A stretch of 37,759 nt of DNA from Elusimicrobiota bacterium (GTDB lineage: Bacteria > Elusimicrobiota > Elusimicrobia > UBA1565 > UBA9628), in NCBI GenBank assembly GCA_043783505.1, contig JAYVZL010000081.1, positions 1-37,759 on the forward strand, written 5' to 3'. Numbering within the stretch: position 1 is the stretch's first letter; each line of letters begins with the position of its first letter. Below the pieces are notes generated by a model. The model did no database searches. It saw nothing but the letters and a program-made list of their open reading frames with translations, and was not told the origin of the DNA. Made by a program: the position numbers and the translations under genes. Below, piece by piece: positions 1 to 10,965 of the stretch.

Positions 1-44
1 TTCTCGGCGATCCCGAACTCGTCAAGAAACTCGAAAAGCTTTAA
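1..44 (+). CDS. 3' end of an unidentified gene entering the window (...LGDPELVKKLEKL*)
   Basis: Frame 3 is open from the window edge to TAA at 42-44 with GC3-rich codons; too short to assign a function. Confidence 0.5.
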   Translation, partial: LGDPELVKKLEKL

Positions 45-66
45 ACGTCCAACGGTGGGCGACCGC

Positions 67-174
67 TCACGGCACGGCCTTCCCGTCGCGACCGAGAAAC
101 CGATACCGGCAGTCGCGCGGCGGTTCGAAGGTTTCCTTGATCGTCCGAGGGGAGCCGAAGCGCATAAAGATATT
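67..174 (-). pseudogene. Remnant duplicate of the pruA 3' end
   Basis: 82-147 matches 1073-1138 at 59/66 nt. Translation SPRTIKETFEPPRDCRYRFLGRDG vs pruA SPRTIKETFEPPRDYRYPFLGRDG. No upstream pruA homology beyond ~170. Confidence 0.85.
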
Positions 175-190
175 CACAGTTTCCCGGGGG

Positions 191-214
191 CCAACTAGCG
201 TCAACGCTAGTTGG
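191..214. repeat. Perfect inverted repeat CCAACTAGCGT-CA-ACGCTAGTTGG
   Basis: 11-bp arms read directly; lies 44 nt downstream of the 258..1073 gene; no poly-U tail. Confidence 0.75.
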
Positions 215-257
215 GACACTTCCTGTGGGCAAGTCGGAGATCGCCTAAACGGCGCCA

Positions 258-1069
258 CTATCTGAAAAGTCGGTTGATTTCCGTTGTCTGCAGAAGCTGA
301 AGAATCGTTGGGGAAACGGCGGCCGGATGCGCCTCATCCATTAGATCTCGCGCCACCTTTAAGCCGAGATTATGCCGTTCATCGTCTCCGGGAACATACA
401 TGTTTTTAAGTTTTCCGTAATGGCTGGGAAAAAGTTTCTTCGAGGCCTGCAGTTCGCACCAAATCGCGTAGGCCTCCATAAGAATACTTTCGCGAGATGC
501 TCGCGACTGAAGGCTCTGGACCCGGGGGATCATTTTCTGCACGATTGGTATTTGCCAGAGCTCCTGGCTCATATAGACATGCCCATATTCATGGACGACT
601 GTGGCTAGGTAGCTTTCGCGAGTATCATAGATGCTTCGGCGGCGGCGCTGTATTTCTTTCTGAATCGTCCAGGGTGAGCACGTAAAGTACGGCGCTGGAA
701 CTTTTCCGGACAAGATTTCCCAGACAAAATCCTCCCCGCCGGCGCAGCGAGCCATGGCTCTTTCGCTGACCGCGGAATTGTGAGGGATTTGATAGATGGT
801 GTATTCCCGCCAAGCGCCCCGCTTAGGCAAGGAAAGGTCATTATGCCGGGAATAGATAAAAAGATTTTCTGAGTCATACAGCACTATGCCCGTACTGCCA
901 ACACCGTGCGCAAATAAATCTTTCTCAACCGATAAGGCTGAAGATATCCCATCCTGAAGCGCATCGAAGTCTGTTTGATCGGCGCGGTAGCTCGGAACCG
1001 ATAGCTCTTGGGCATACGAACAGACGCAAACCGCAAGAGACAACAAAAGACTATTTCGCAGGAGCTTCG

Positions 1070-1073
<4 letters not shown>
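258..1073 (-). CDS. Secreted hypothetical protein, putative zincin (gluzincin-like) metallopeptidase
   Basis: 271-aa ORF; signal peptide (..VCVCSYA|QE); VVHEYGH = HExxH with a downstream E in ILMEAYA; GTGA overlap with the pruA stop; visibly lower GC than its neighbours. Confidence 0.65.
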
Positions 1074-2701
<1,628 letters not shown>

Positions 2702-2716
2702 GCCGCGATAATACCA
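2702..2716 (-). promoter_or_regulatory. Extended -10 promoter, predicted leaderless pruA mRNA
   Basis: Minus strand TGG-TATTAT-cgcggc-ATG; -10 box 6 nt from the start codon; no SD sequence. Confidence 0.6.
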
Positions 2717-2781
2717 AAAAGCGGCGCGACGCCCGTCTTGGGCATGACATAAGTTCTTAACGGAACGCGGCTACACTTTTG

Positions 2782-3597
2782 ATGCCGCTCATGATTGACA
2801 CCGAACGATCGATAGACGAGCTCTCGCGCCTTCATGTGCAGATCATGCGCAAGAGTGCGGACGCCCTTCAGGAGGCGACGCAGACCTCTCAGAAGCTTCT
2901 CCTCGAACGCGAAGAGGCCATCGCGCGTTTGCGCACGCAGGTCTCAAACCTCAAGGCGTCGCTCGAGCGCGGCCGATCGGTGGTCGCGGCGAAGAAAACC
3001 GCGCCGGTCGCCGCGGCGAGCCCCACGAAGTATCCTGAGATTCCAGTTCATTCGATTTCGGTCCGCGAGAAGGAGGCCGCCGAGGACTCGGCGCCCAAGG
3101 CGGTTTCCCTCCCGCGGACCGGACGATGGAAAAAAGCGGCGCCCTACGCGGCCATCCTCGTTTGCGCCGCGGGTCTTGAGATGGCGCGCGCGCGCTGCCA
3201 CGCGCGCGCGGAACTCGCCGATCTCGCCGCTCTCGCGCAACCCGCTCCCGCCGTGTTCGCCGACAATGGCCGCTCTTTCTCCAAAGGCGGACCGGTGCTA
3301 AGCGAGGACGACCGCTCGCAAGAGGCCGTGCTTCTCGTCCATCAGTGGAAGCTGCCCGGAGACGAGATGTCGCTGAGCGAGCGCCTGGGCGGAGAACTCG
3401 ACCTTCCCGGCTCTCGTCCGAGCTGGAGCGTGGAGCGCACCAGCGAACGCGGCTACCGCGTGACCTTCCAAGAGGGCGTCAACGCCGTGCCCTACGCCTT
3501 CGAAGCCGATCTCGACGCTAAGGTCGTCTGGCCCACCGCCGAAACGCAGGAACTTCTAGCTCCTCGCCTTGCGTCGCTTCGCGACGCGGTACGCTAA
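2782..3597 (+). CDS. Hypothetical protein: N-terminal coiled coil, one TM helix, small C-terminal domain
   Basis: Long ORF with genome-like codon usage filling the space between pruA and the ASCH gene; heptad-like E/Q/L-rich N-terminus; hydrophobic YAAILVCAAGL. Start uncertain (2779/2782/2791). Confidence 0.7.
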   Translation: MPLMIDTERSIDELSRLHVQIMRKSADALQEATQTSQKLLLEREEAIARLRTQVSNLKASLERGRSVVAAKKTAPVAAASPTKYPEIPVHSISVREKEAAEDSAPKAVSLPRTGRWKKAAPYAAILVCAAGLEMARARCHARAELADLAALAQPAPAVFADNGRSFSKGGPVLSEDDRSQEAVLLVHQWKLPGDEMSLSERLGGELDLPGSRPSWSVERTSERGYRVTFQEGVNAVPYAFEADLDAKVVWPTAETQELLAPRLASLRDAVR

Positions 3598-3625
3598 ACG
3601 GACTTATCCGCTCTATTTACAAGCT

Positions 3626-3644
3626 CAACTGTCGTCAACGACAG
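3626..3644. repeat. Hairpin CTGTCGT-CA-ACGACAG related to the hairpin at 191-214
   Basis: Shares CAACT-NN-CGTCAACG-NN-AG with 192-210; lies between convergent genes. Confidence 0.5.
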
Positions 3645-3677
3645 AGAATAAGCGCGCTGGGCATAACGCGCGAAAGT

Positions 3678-4160
3678 CTAATCCGCGATCTCCGGTGGCC
3701 ACACGACCCGGAACCGCTCGCAGACGGTCTCGAGGTCGTCGCTGAAATAAAATTTATCCCGCGCGGCTTCCATCGCGAAGTAGCGACGATGACCCTCGAG
3801 CCAGCTCGCCAGCGTGCGGTCCCCTTCGCCCTCGTCCCAGGCGAATTGAGCGTCGACTTTACACAATGGTTTTACCGCGACATCAGTCGTTTGCCACACA
3901 CAGCGAGGCGCACCTTTCCCATCGATAAGAACGACATGCTCTCCAAGACGCGGCATGGCTTCCCCGCCCTCGGTGAAATAGCGGAACAGCCCGGCGGTCG
4001 CGCGCTTGGGGCCGGAGACCACGAGCTCGGCCAGCTTGTCGGCCATGTCCGCGCCGTCGCCGAAGGCGACGACGTCGTAGTCGTCGTGTTCGATCCCGCG
4101 AGCATGCCGAAAGATGCGCCAAAACTCGCGGATCTCGGGTGTCTTTGGAAGGGACGGCAT
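3678..4160 (-). CDS. ASCH-domain (PUA-like) protein, YhfF-like
   Basis: Motifs AFGD..MADKLAELV.SGPKRATAG and EGEGDRTLASWLEGHRRYF, typical of this ASCH subfamily. Confidence 0.88.
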   Translation of the reverse strand: MPSLPKTPEIREFWRIFRHARGIEHDDYDVVAFGDGADMADKLAELVVSGPKRATAGLFRYFTEGGEAMPRLGEHVVLIDGKGAPRCVWQTTDVAVKPLCKVDAQFAWDEGEGDRTLASWLEGHRRYFAMEAARDKFYFSDDLETVCERFRVVWPPEIAD

Positions 4161-4170
4161 GTGAACGCGC

Positions 4171-5352
4171 TTACTTGATGAGGACCAAGCTCGACGTGTA
4201 GCCGTGGATGAAGTTGCGCCCGTCCACGGGACCGAACTCGCCGTTGGCGAAGAAGCCGGCCATCGGCACGGGGCCGCGCAGGTTTTGGACCAAGGTCGCG
4301 TCGTGGTCGGGCTCGCCGTACAGGCCGCGGCCGCGGCCGCAGCAGGAAAATAGCAGGGCGCCTCGCGGCGCGGCGTCGGCCTTGGGCAGGGCCGAAAGCA
4401 ACATGGAGAAGTCCTGGTCGGAGGTGTGCGCGTCGCGCAGTTGGAACTGGAGCGTCTGGCCGCGGCGCAGGTGCGCGCCCAGCACCAGTGAGCCCGAGGC
4501 GTGGTCGTAGCCGATCAGGTTGCGGATGACGAAGTCGCCGCGCGCAAAGCCCGCGCGCTGCTCGTTCATCACCATGCCCGCGAAAAGCGAGCTGCGCGCC
4601 AGGCTCTGGTCCTCGGGCGAGCAGCGCGAGAGGACCTCGCGCAGGACTTCGAGAGGATTTCGCCCGCCGAGCTCGTGGAGCACATTGCCCTCGGCCTTGG
4701 TCACGATCAGCGGCTCGCCGATCGGCCGGCAGCCCTGCGCCACGACGGTCGAGAGCTCGATCGCTCCGGTGAGCGCCACGCCCGCCATGCCCTCCGTCAA
4801 GACCGAAGATCCCACCAGCATCCAGGACGGGCGGCGCAGGAGGATGCCGCTGGCCATCCCGCCGATCAAAGGCGCGCCGGGGTAAGCCTCGTTGAACAGG
4901 ACCGCCACTTTCTCGGGATCGGCAGTCGTCGGATCGCCTAGGATCAGGAACTTGGGCGATTCGTTCGGATACAGATCGAGCTCGGCCACCAGTGCTGCGC
5001 CATTCTCGAACTTTACGAGCTCAGCCGAAGAGAGCGCGAAAGGCTGAACCCGAACGCCGGGCAAGCGCATGGCTAAGATCGAGATCGCCGGGGCCAACTC
5101 CACCTCTCGCCGGCCGGAGATGACGCCGCTCGCGTTGCAGCCGAGAACGCGCAAAGGCGCGAGTTCCTTGGCCAGTATGCCCGACAAGGCGGAGGGATCG
5201 AAGTCGTCCCAAGTCTCGGCCGCGAAGACAAGCGCTAAGTCGCAGGGCACCGGGCCTAGGCGCCGGCGAGCCTCGCGCGCAGCCTGCACGGCGGCCTTGC
5301 GCCAATCGACGTCGTCCGAGAAGCCCTCGGCAAATACTTTCGGCTCGCTCAC
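4171..5352 (-). CDS. FIST-domain signal transduction protein
   Basis: FIST_N/FIST_C motifs: LGCNASGVI, LIGGMAS, VVAQGCRPIG, DFVIRNLIG, FSCCGRG, GFFANGEFGP. Start placed at GTG 5352, overlapping the upstream TGA (GTGA). Confidence 0.9.
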   Translation of the reverse strand: MSEPKVFAEGFSDDVDWRKAAVQAAREARRRLGPVPCDLALVFAAETWDDFDPSALSGILAKELAPLRVLGCNASGVISGRREVELAPAISILAMRLPGVRVQPFALSSAELVKFENGAALVAELDLYPNESPKFLILGDPTTADPEKVAVLFNEAYPGAPLIGGMASGILLRRPSWMLVGSSVLTEGMAGVALTGAIELSTVVAQGCRPIGEPLIVTKAEGNVLHELGGRNPLEVLREVLSRCSPEDQSLARSSLFAGMVMNEQRAGFARGDFVIRNLIGYDHASGSLVLGAHLRRGQTLQFQLRDAHTSDQDFSMLLSALPKADAAPRGALLFSCCGRGRGLYGEPDHDATLVQNLRGPVPMAGFFANGEFGPVDGRNFIHGYTSSLVLIK

Positions 5353-6878
5353 TTGGGCGTCCCCTTGAGCGCAGCCGCCAAAGCGGGCACGTCCGACGGC
5401 GCCGCGGCATCGGCTATCCGGCGCAAGTCCAAGCCGCAGGCGAACAAACGCGGGTACGTCTGCGCCTCCAGGCGATGCGCCATGATGTAGTCCTGATCGT
5501 CGGGATCGACGAAGGAGATCACCTTGCGCGGCAGATAGAGCCGGTGCACGGCGGCAAGAAGAGCCTCGGCCTTCGCCTCTCCCGGACGGCCGACCAGCTC
5601 GAAATCCATGCGCCCCCGCGCGTGAAGATCGGCGACTCGCGCCAGGGGTGCTAGGGCGCGCGCGGAGCCGTCCGACGCGGTCCACGCCCCGCGCAGGCCC
5701 CATTCGAGCCAGCGCCGGTAGTTGTGGTTGCCCTTGAGATGGTGAAGACGGCGGCAAGCCTCGAGCGCTAAGGCGTTGAGAGCCGGATCGATATGAGGCT
5801 CGCGCAGGACGGCCGGATCGTCGGCGCGCGTCACGCGGTCGAGAAATCCTCCCGTCTCGCGCTCCCAAAGCTCCTGAAAAAGAAATCGCAGCATGGCGTC
5901 GGCGAACTCGCGATTGGCCTTGACCCCGGTAGCGAGAAAGCCGTCGGTGAAGGCCAGCGCCGTCCAAGCCGCGTCGCCGAGCAGGCCGCACACGTACTCG
6001 CCTTCGCCGCCGCGCGCGTGCAGCAGCCCCAGGAGAGGATCGTGCAGGCGCGACTGCAGGAAATCCAGGGCCTTCTGAGCCGCCTCCCCGGCCCCCGGAT
6101 GGCCGAAGGCGCGCGCGCGCAGCAGCGCCATCGCCGCCTGAGCGTTGCCGTCGGCCGGATAGACGGGATCTTGCGGCGCCGGAGCGCGACGGAAAGCGCC
6201 GACCTTCGCGTCGAACAGCTCGGTCAAAAGATAGTCGCTGGCCGCGGCCGCGGCCTCGCGCCAGCGCGCCGACCCGGTCAACGCGTGCGCGTCCCACAGA
6301 AGATATGTCCAGCGCGCCTGCCGCGACAGTTGGAGCCCCGCGTTGGTTTCCACTGCGAACTCCAACGCGCGGTTCAAAGACTCTCCGGCTTTGACGTCGC
6401 CGCGTTCTCCCACGCAATGGAGTAGGACTTCGATTAGCCCTAGGTCCGCCTGCGGCCCGTATCCGCTTATCTCGGCGAAGACCGAGGAAACCATCGCCTC
6501 GTCGGGCGCCGCGTCCAGCGGAGTCTCCCTCACCGCTCCCGTCCAAGCCGCATCAGTCGGGACTTCCGACGGCAAAGGCAAAGACGCCGCAATCGCCATC
6601 CGTACCAGCGTAGGCCCCGAGTCGGACGAAGGCAGCGGCAAGACCGCGCGGCGCGTGCCCTCGCAATCCATGATCAGGGCGCGATGGCGGCCGATGCGAG
6701 CGGCCGCGTCGGGACGCGTCTCGGGATCGACGAGCACCGCCACGAAGCGGCGCGAGATCTCGCCTTCGGCCTCGGACAAAGCCGGCGGCGGCAAAGCACC
6801 GATCGCGGCCAGAATCGGCTTGCCCTGCGCTTTGGCAAGAGCGAACGCCTCCGGCGTCCAGGACACCCAAGAACTCAT
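5349..6878 (-). CDS. YyaL/DUF255-like protein (degenerate thioredoxin-like domain plus alpha/alpha toroid)
   Basis: N-terminus WVSWTPEAFALAKAQGKPILAAIG and FVAVLVDPETRPD resemble YyaL; repeated helical units (GLLGDAAW, LWERETGGF). The CxxC motif is absent. Confidence 0.75.
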   Translation of the reverse strand: MSSWVSWTPEAFALAKAQGKPILAAIGALPPPALSEAEGEISRRFVAVLVDPETRPDAAARIGRHRALIMDCEGTRRAVLPLPSSDSGPTLVRMAIAASLPLPSEVPTDAAWTGAVRETPLDAAPDEAMVSSVFAEISGYGPQADLGLIEVLLHCVGERGDVKAGESLNRALEFAVETNAGLQLSRQARWTYLLWDAHALTGSARWREAAAAASDYLLTELFDAKVGAFRRAPAPQDPVYPADGNAQAAMALLRARAFGHPGAGEAAQKALDFLQSRLHDPLLGLLHARGGEGEYVCGLLGDAAWTALAFTDGFLATGVKANREFADAMLRFLFQELWERETGGFLDRVTRADDPAVLREPHIDPALNALALEACRRLHHLKGNHNYRRWLEWGLRGAWTASDGSARALAPLARVADLHARGRMDFELVGRPGEAKAEALLAAVHRLYLPRKVISFVDPDDQDYIMAHRLEAQTYPRLFACGLDLRRIADAAAPSDVPALAAALKGTPK

Positions 6879-7933
6879 GAGGAGGATTTATCCTCGGCGA
6901 GCTCGAACATCCTCTCGATGGGCCGGCGGGCGCGCGCGGCGACGTCGGCGGGGACTTCGATGCGCTGCGAAGCGGTCGGGCGCTCGAGCGCGGACAGCAC
7001 GCGCTCCAATGTCGTGGCCTTCATGTGCGGGCACAGGCGGCACATGGGCACGAACACCTTGTCGGGAAACGTCGTGCGCGCCAGGTCGCCCAGGCCGCAC
7101 TCGGTGATGAGCATGTAAGAGTCGGCTTTGTGGTCGTCGACCCACTTCATCATGTCGCCGGTGCCGCCGACGTAGTCGACGACCGAGGTCAGGCCCGGAG
7201 AGCATTCGAAGTGCGCGAGGATCTTCACGCCTGGATACATCTTGCGGTAGAACTCCACCGACGCCGAGTCGAAATTGTCATGGACGATGCACGAGCCGTC
7301 CCAGATCACCAGCTCCGTGCCCAGCGTCTTGCCCAGATCCTTGGCGAGATTCTTGCCCATCATCGCGTCGGGCGCGAAGATGACCTTCGGGTGCTCGGCG
7401 AACAGCTTGCGCAGTATCTTGGGCGCGTTGGCCGAGGTCACGACCACGTCGCATTCGGCCTTCACCGCGGCGGTCGTGTTGATGTAAACGGCCACGGGCG
7501 CGCCCGGATGCTTCTTTTTAAGGGCCCGGACATCGGCGGGGGTGATCGACTCGGACAAGGAGCAGCCGGCTTCGGCCGCCGGAAGCAGGACTTCCTTATC
7601 GGGACTGAGGATCTTCGCCGTCTCGGCCATGAAGCGCACGCCGCAGAACACGATGCGCTCCGCGTCGGACTGCGCGCCCTGCTTGGCGAGCTTATAGGAG
7701 TCGCCGATGAAATCGGCCACTCCCAGCAATATTTCCGGCCGCTGGTAGACGTGGGCCGGGATGACCGCGCGCTTTTCCTTCTTGAGGCGGTTGATCTTCC
7801 AGGTCAAGAGCGCGGCGCGCTCAAGCTCGGCGTCGCGATAGCCGAGGGCGGCCAAACCCTTCTCGGCCAAACGCTCGGCCTCGGCCTCGAGCTCTGCGGG
7901 AGTGGGCGCCGGCGGATGCGTCTTTATCGCCAT
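6875..7933 (-). CDS. nadA: Quinolinate synthase A ([4Fe-4S])
   Basis: AHVYQRPEI, GDSYKLA, FCGVRFMAETAKIL, AGCSL, YINT, GSCIVH, CPHMK; three cluster-ligating Cys motifs present. Confidence 0.95.
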   Translation of the reverse strand: MAIKTHPPAPTPAELEAEAERLAEKGLAALGYRDAELERAALLTWKINRLKKEKRAVIPAHVYQRPEILLGVADFIGDSYKLAKQGAQSDAERIVFCGVRFMAETAKILSPDKEVLLPAAEAGCSLSESITPADVRALKKKHPGAPVAVYINTTAAVKAECDVVVTSANAPKILRKLFAEHPKVIFAPDAMMGKNLAKDLGKTLGTELVIWDGSCIVHDNFDSASVEFYRKMYPGVKILAHFECSPGLTSVVDYVGGTGDMMKWVDDHKADSYMLITECGLGDLARTTFPDKVFVPMCRLCPHMKATTLERVLSALERPTASQRIEVPADVAARARRPIERMFELAEDKSSS

Positions 7934-8634
7934 AGATCGAGCTCCGGATAGTTCGAGAAAACGCCGTCGACTCCAAGGGCGGCCAAACGGTCGCGATCCA
8001 TGGGCGTGTTCACTGTGTAGACGAGAATTTTGAGGCCGCGTTCGCGGGCGGCTTTGACCGTGCGCGCTAAAGTCTGTCGGATGCTCAAGTTGAGGCTTTC
8101 GGCGGCCAGCTCCTTCATCTCGACAAAAGCGGTCTTCAACGTCGTGAGACCGAGAAGATAACCGATGCGCAGGTTCTCGTCAAGGGAACGCACCGAATAG
8201 AGAGCCACGTGATCGAAACTTGACACCACCGTGCGCTCCCCAACCCCGCGCTTGTGGATTAAGTCCACGACCCGTTCCTCGATGCCGGGATAGACCCGCG
8301 AACCGTGTTTGATCTCGACGTGCAGCTCGACTGAACGCGGCAGAAGGTCATAGACGTCCTCCAAGCGCGGCAGGCGCTCGGCGAGGAAGCGCTTATCGAA
8401 CCAGGATCCCACGTCGACGCCGGCGGCTTCTTCCCAATGCAGGCTTTTAAGACGGCGCTTGTCGCGGCCGCACCGCTTGAGATCGTCGTCGTGGGCCACG
8501 ACCAGCTGATGATCGAGGGTCTGGTGCACGTCGAGCTCGATGGCCTTTGCCCCCATATCGAGCGCGCGCCGGAAGGAGGCTATCGTGTTCTCGGGTGCGT
8601 GGCCGCTGGCGCCTCGGTGAGCGATGACTAGCAC
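7924..8634 (-). CDS. Glycerophosphodiester phosphodiesterase (GDPD family)
   Basis: IAHRGASGHAPENT, IELDV, VVAHD, VEIK, VSSFD, VYTVN, GVDGVFSNYP. Start reassigned to GTG 8634, overlapping the PHP stop. Confidence 0.92.
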   Translation of the reverse strand: MLVIAHRGASGHAPENTIASFRRALDMGAKAIELDVHQTLDHQLVVAHDDDLKRCGRDKRRLKSLHWEEAAGVDVGSWFDKRFLAERLPRLEDVYDLLPRSVELHVEIKHGSRVYPGIEERVVDLIHKRGVGERTVVSSFDHVALYSVRSLDENLRIGYLLGLTTLKTAFVEMKELAAESLNLSIRQTLARTVKAARERGLKILVYTVNTPMDRDRLAALGVDGVFSNYPELDLWR

Positions 8635-9455
8635 TTGTCCACCTTCTCCATGACGGCCGCGTAGCCCGCGTCGTCGTATTCGATCCCCAAGCGCTCTTCC
8701 CGGCCCGTTCCCGGCCCGTGAAAATCTGATCCGCCGCAGGCCAATAAGCCGCGGCTGAGAGCCCAATGGCCGTAGTTCCGGACTTGGGTTGGCGTGTGGC
8801 CCGCATAGAGGACTTCCACGCCCTGGAGGCCCGCGCGAACCAGCTCCTCGAGATCGTTTTCCTTGCCGGCCGTTTGAGGATGGGCGAGACAGGCCGTGCC
8901 GCCCGCGTCGCGGATCAGCGCGATGGCCTCGGCCGGGCTCGGCCCCATCGAGTCTACGTAGCCGGGCTTGCCCTTGATAAGGAACCGTTCGAAGGCTTCC
9001 TTGCGGCTTTTCACCACGCCCAGACGCCGCAGCGCGTCGGCCACGTGAGGCCGGCCGATGGTCTCATGCGCGCCCGCGCGCACCAAGTCGAAATCGATGC
9101 CTATGCCCAGGGCGCGCAAATTTTCCACGATGCGCTTGGCTCGGATGGTCCGGCGCTCGCGAAACTCGCTTAAGCGCTCGGCGAATCCAGGCGAATCGGG
9201 ACGAAACCCGTAGCCGAGGACATGGACTCGGTCGGCCAGGCCTTCTCCAGCGCAGTTGATCTCGATGCCTAGACGCACCTGTAGATTCTCGGCGGCTCCC
9301 GCCGCGAAAAGGTCGGCGGCGCCGGAAACGCTATCGTGGTCAGTGAGGACGAGGGTATCGACGCCGTTTTTGACCGCGCGCGCCACGAGCTCGGCGGGGG
9401 TCAGCGTCCCGTCGGAATAGATCGAATGGCAGTGCAGCTCGACGCGCTTGGACAC
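8628..9455 (-). CDS. PHP-domain phosphoesterase (TrpH/YciV-like)
   Basis: ELHCHSIYSDG, LTDHDS, GIEIN, HVLGY, GRPHVA, LAHP, GGSDFHG. Confidence 0.92.
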   Translation of the reverse strand: MSKRVELHCHSIYSDGTLTPAELVARAVKNGVDTLVLTDHDSVSGAADLFAAGAAENLQVRLGIEINCAGEGLADRVHVLGYGFRPDSPGFAERLSEFRERRTIRAKRIVENLRALGIGIDFDLVRAGAHETIGRPHVADALRRLGVVKSRKEAFERFLIKGKPGYVDSMGPSPAEAIALIRDAGGTACLAHPQTAGKENDLEELVRAGLQGVEVLYAGHTPTQVRNYGHWALSRGLLACGGSDFHGPGTGREERLGIEYDDAGYAAVMEKVDKC

Positions 9456-9459
9456 GGCG

Positions 9460-9690
9460 TCAAACCGAGACGACTTCCTTGATCTCGGGGATTTCCTGGC
9501 GCACCATGCGCTCCACGCCGCCTTTCAAGGTGGCCGTCGAGCTCGGGCACGTGCCGCAGGCGCCGTGCAGGCTGACCTTCACGATGCCGTTGGCCTCGTC
9601 GACCGACACCAGCGAGATATCGCCGCCGTCGGATTGGATGTAGGGCCGGATCTTCTCGAGAACTTTCTCAACGCGCTCATAAGTGGTCAT
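9460..9690 (-). CDS. Nfu/NifU C-terminal-type Fe-S carrier
   Basis: IRPYIQSDGGDI...GACGTCPSSTATLKGGVE with CxxC; 76 aa. Confidence 0.93.
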   Translation of the reverse strand: MTTYERVEKVLEKIRPYIQSDGGDISLVSVDEANGIVKVSLHGACGTCPSSTATLKGGVERMVRQEIPEIKEVVSV

Positions 9691-9702
9691 AAAAATTCCC
9701 CC

Positions 9703-10170
9703 TCACTTCCCGGATGATATCTTATCGAGCCAGGCAGGTGCGGCACCGCAAGTCCCGCCTTTTTCCGCGAGGATGGCGGCCAACGTCACGCTCTCGAAGT
9801 AACCCGTGATCAATTCTCCCAGACGGCGCCACACCGGCGAGATGGCGCAGCGGTCCTGATGATGGCAGTCCTTGGCACCCCCGTCGTATTTTTCGCAGAC
9901 GTCCTCAAAGACGTCTCCGTCCACCGCGCGAGCCACCTGACCCAGCGTGATCTCCTCGGGGCGGCGCGAGAGCACGTAGCCGCCGGTGCTGCCGCGATGG
10001 CTGAGGACCAGCCCGGCGCGCCGTAGCTTGACGAGCAGTTGGCTGACGTAGTCGGCCGGGATATTTTCGGCGCCGGCCAGGCGCTCCGCCGGATACGGCG
10101 CCTTGCCGTGCTCGCGCGCCAGAGTCACCATCAGACGCGTGGCGTACTCGATGGAGCTTGTTATCTTCAT
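9703..10170 (-). CDS. Rrf2-family transcriptional regulator (IscR-like, three C-terminal Cys)
   Basis: MKITSSIEYATR, wHTH, LRRAGLVLSHRGSTGGYVL, C-x9-C-x5-C. Confidence 0.92.
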   Translation of the reverse strand: MKITSSIEYATRLMVTLAREHGKAPYPAERLAGAENIPADYVSQLLVKLRRAGLVLSHRGSTGGYVLSRRPEEITLGQVARAVDGDVFEDVCEKYDGGAKDCHHQDRCAISPVWRRLGELITGYFESVTLAAILAEKGGTCGAAPAWLDKISSGK

Positions 10171-10177
10171 AAGCCCC

Positions 10178-10510
10178 TCAGTACAGCCCCAACTGCTCCT
10201 TCGCGTCTTCGGTCGCCATCGTGCGCGGATCCCAGGCCGGCACGAAGGTCAGATCCACGTCCACGTCCTTGATGCCCGGCAATTTAGTCAGTGCCGTGTG
10301 CACCGAGGCCAGCAGCATAGGCCCGTAGGGGCAGGCCGGGGAGGTCAGGGTCATGCGCACCTTGACGGAGGGACCCTTGGGCGAAGTCCCGAATTCCGCG
10401 CCGTACACGAGCCCGAGATCGACGATGCTGATGTGAATCTCCGGATCGACGACGGGCTGAAGGGCCGCGCCGACCTGCTTGAAAGTTGCGGCGGTGTCGG
10501 TCGCGGTCAT
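10178..10510 (-). CDS. sufT: SufT / DUF59 (MIP18-family) Fe-S maturation factor
   Basis: VVDPEIHISIVDLGLVY, MTLTSPACP, FVPAW; located in the suf operon. Confidence 0.88.
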   Translation of the reverse strand: MTATDTAATFKQVGAALQPVVDPEIHISIVDLGLVYGAEFGTSPKGPSVKVRMTLTSPACPYGPMLLASVHTALTKLPGIKDVDVDLTFVPAWDPRTMATEDAKEQLGLY

Positions 10511-10965
10511 GACTTCGCTCCTGAGGCGTTCGCCTCAAAGCCCTGCATCACGGTGTTCCAGCCCAACGTGGCGCATTTCACGCGCAGGGGAAATTTCCGA
10601 ACGCCCTCGAGGCTGGCCAGCTGCTCGAGCTCCGGCGGCAAGCCGGAGACGGGCGCGTTTTCCAGCATGAGCCGCTTAAAAGCGCCCACGAGCTCCTTGG
10701 CCTTGGCGATCGAAGCGCCCTCCAGGGCCTCCGCCATCATCGCCGCCGACGCCTGGCTGATCACGCAGCCATGGCCGGCGTAGCGGAGCTTGCTGACCTG
10801 GCCGTCCTTGAGCTCGGCCGTGATCTCGAGCTCGTCGCCGCACACCGGGTTGATGCCGCGGGCGCGCAGGTCCGCCGGATCGAGCTTGCCCTTCCGCGCG
10901 GAGGAGCGGAAGTAGTCGAGCAGCACCTCGCGGTAAAGATCTTGCAGCTCCGAATCGCCTTCCAT
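10507..10965 (-). CDS. sufU: SufU sulfur-transfer protein
   Basis: LYREVLLD, NPVCGDEL, GCVISQASA, RVKCATLGW, with the SufU-type insertion between Cys2 and Cys3. Confidence 0.92.
   Translation of the reverse strand: MEGDSELQDLYREVLLDYFRSSARKGKLDPADLRARGINPVCGDELEITAELKDGQVSKLRYAGHGCVISQASAAMMAEALEGASIAKAKELVGAFKRLMLENAPVSGLPPELEQLASLEGVRKFPLRVKCATLGWNTVMQGFEANASGAKS

Noticed and set aside
175-257. Integron attC site, ribozyme or riboswitch downstream of the cargo gene
   Set aside because: No proper RYYYAAC...GTTRRRY pair at attC spacing, no integrase, and no hammerhead or c-di-GMP riboswitch core could be matched.
4171-6546. 791-aa FIST fusion protein in the ORF track
   Set aside because: The N-terminal half is an Arg/Gly-rich off-frame read of the overlapping YyaL-like gene; the FIST domain starts at GTG 5352 with a standard GTGA overlap.
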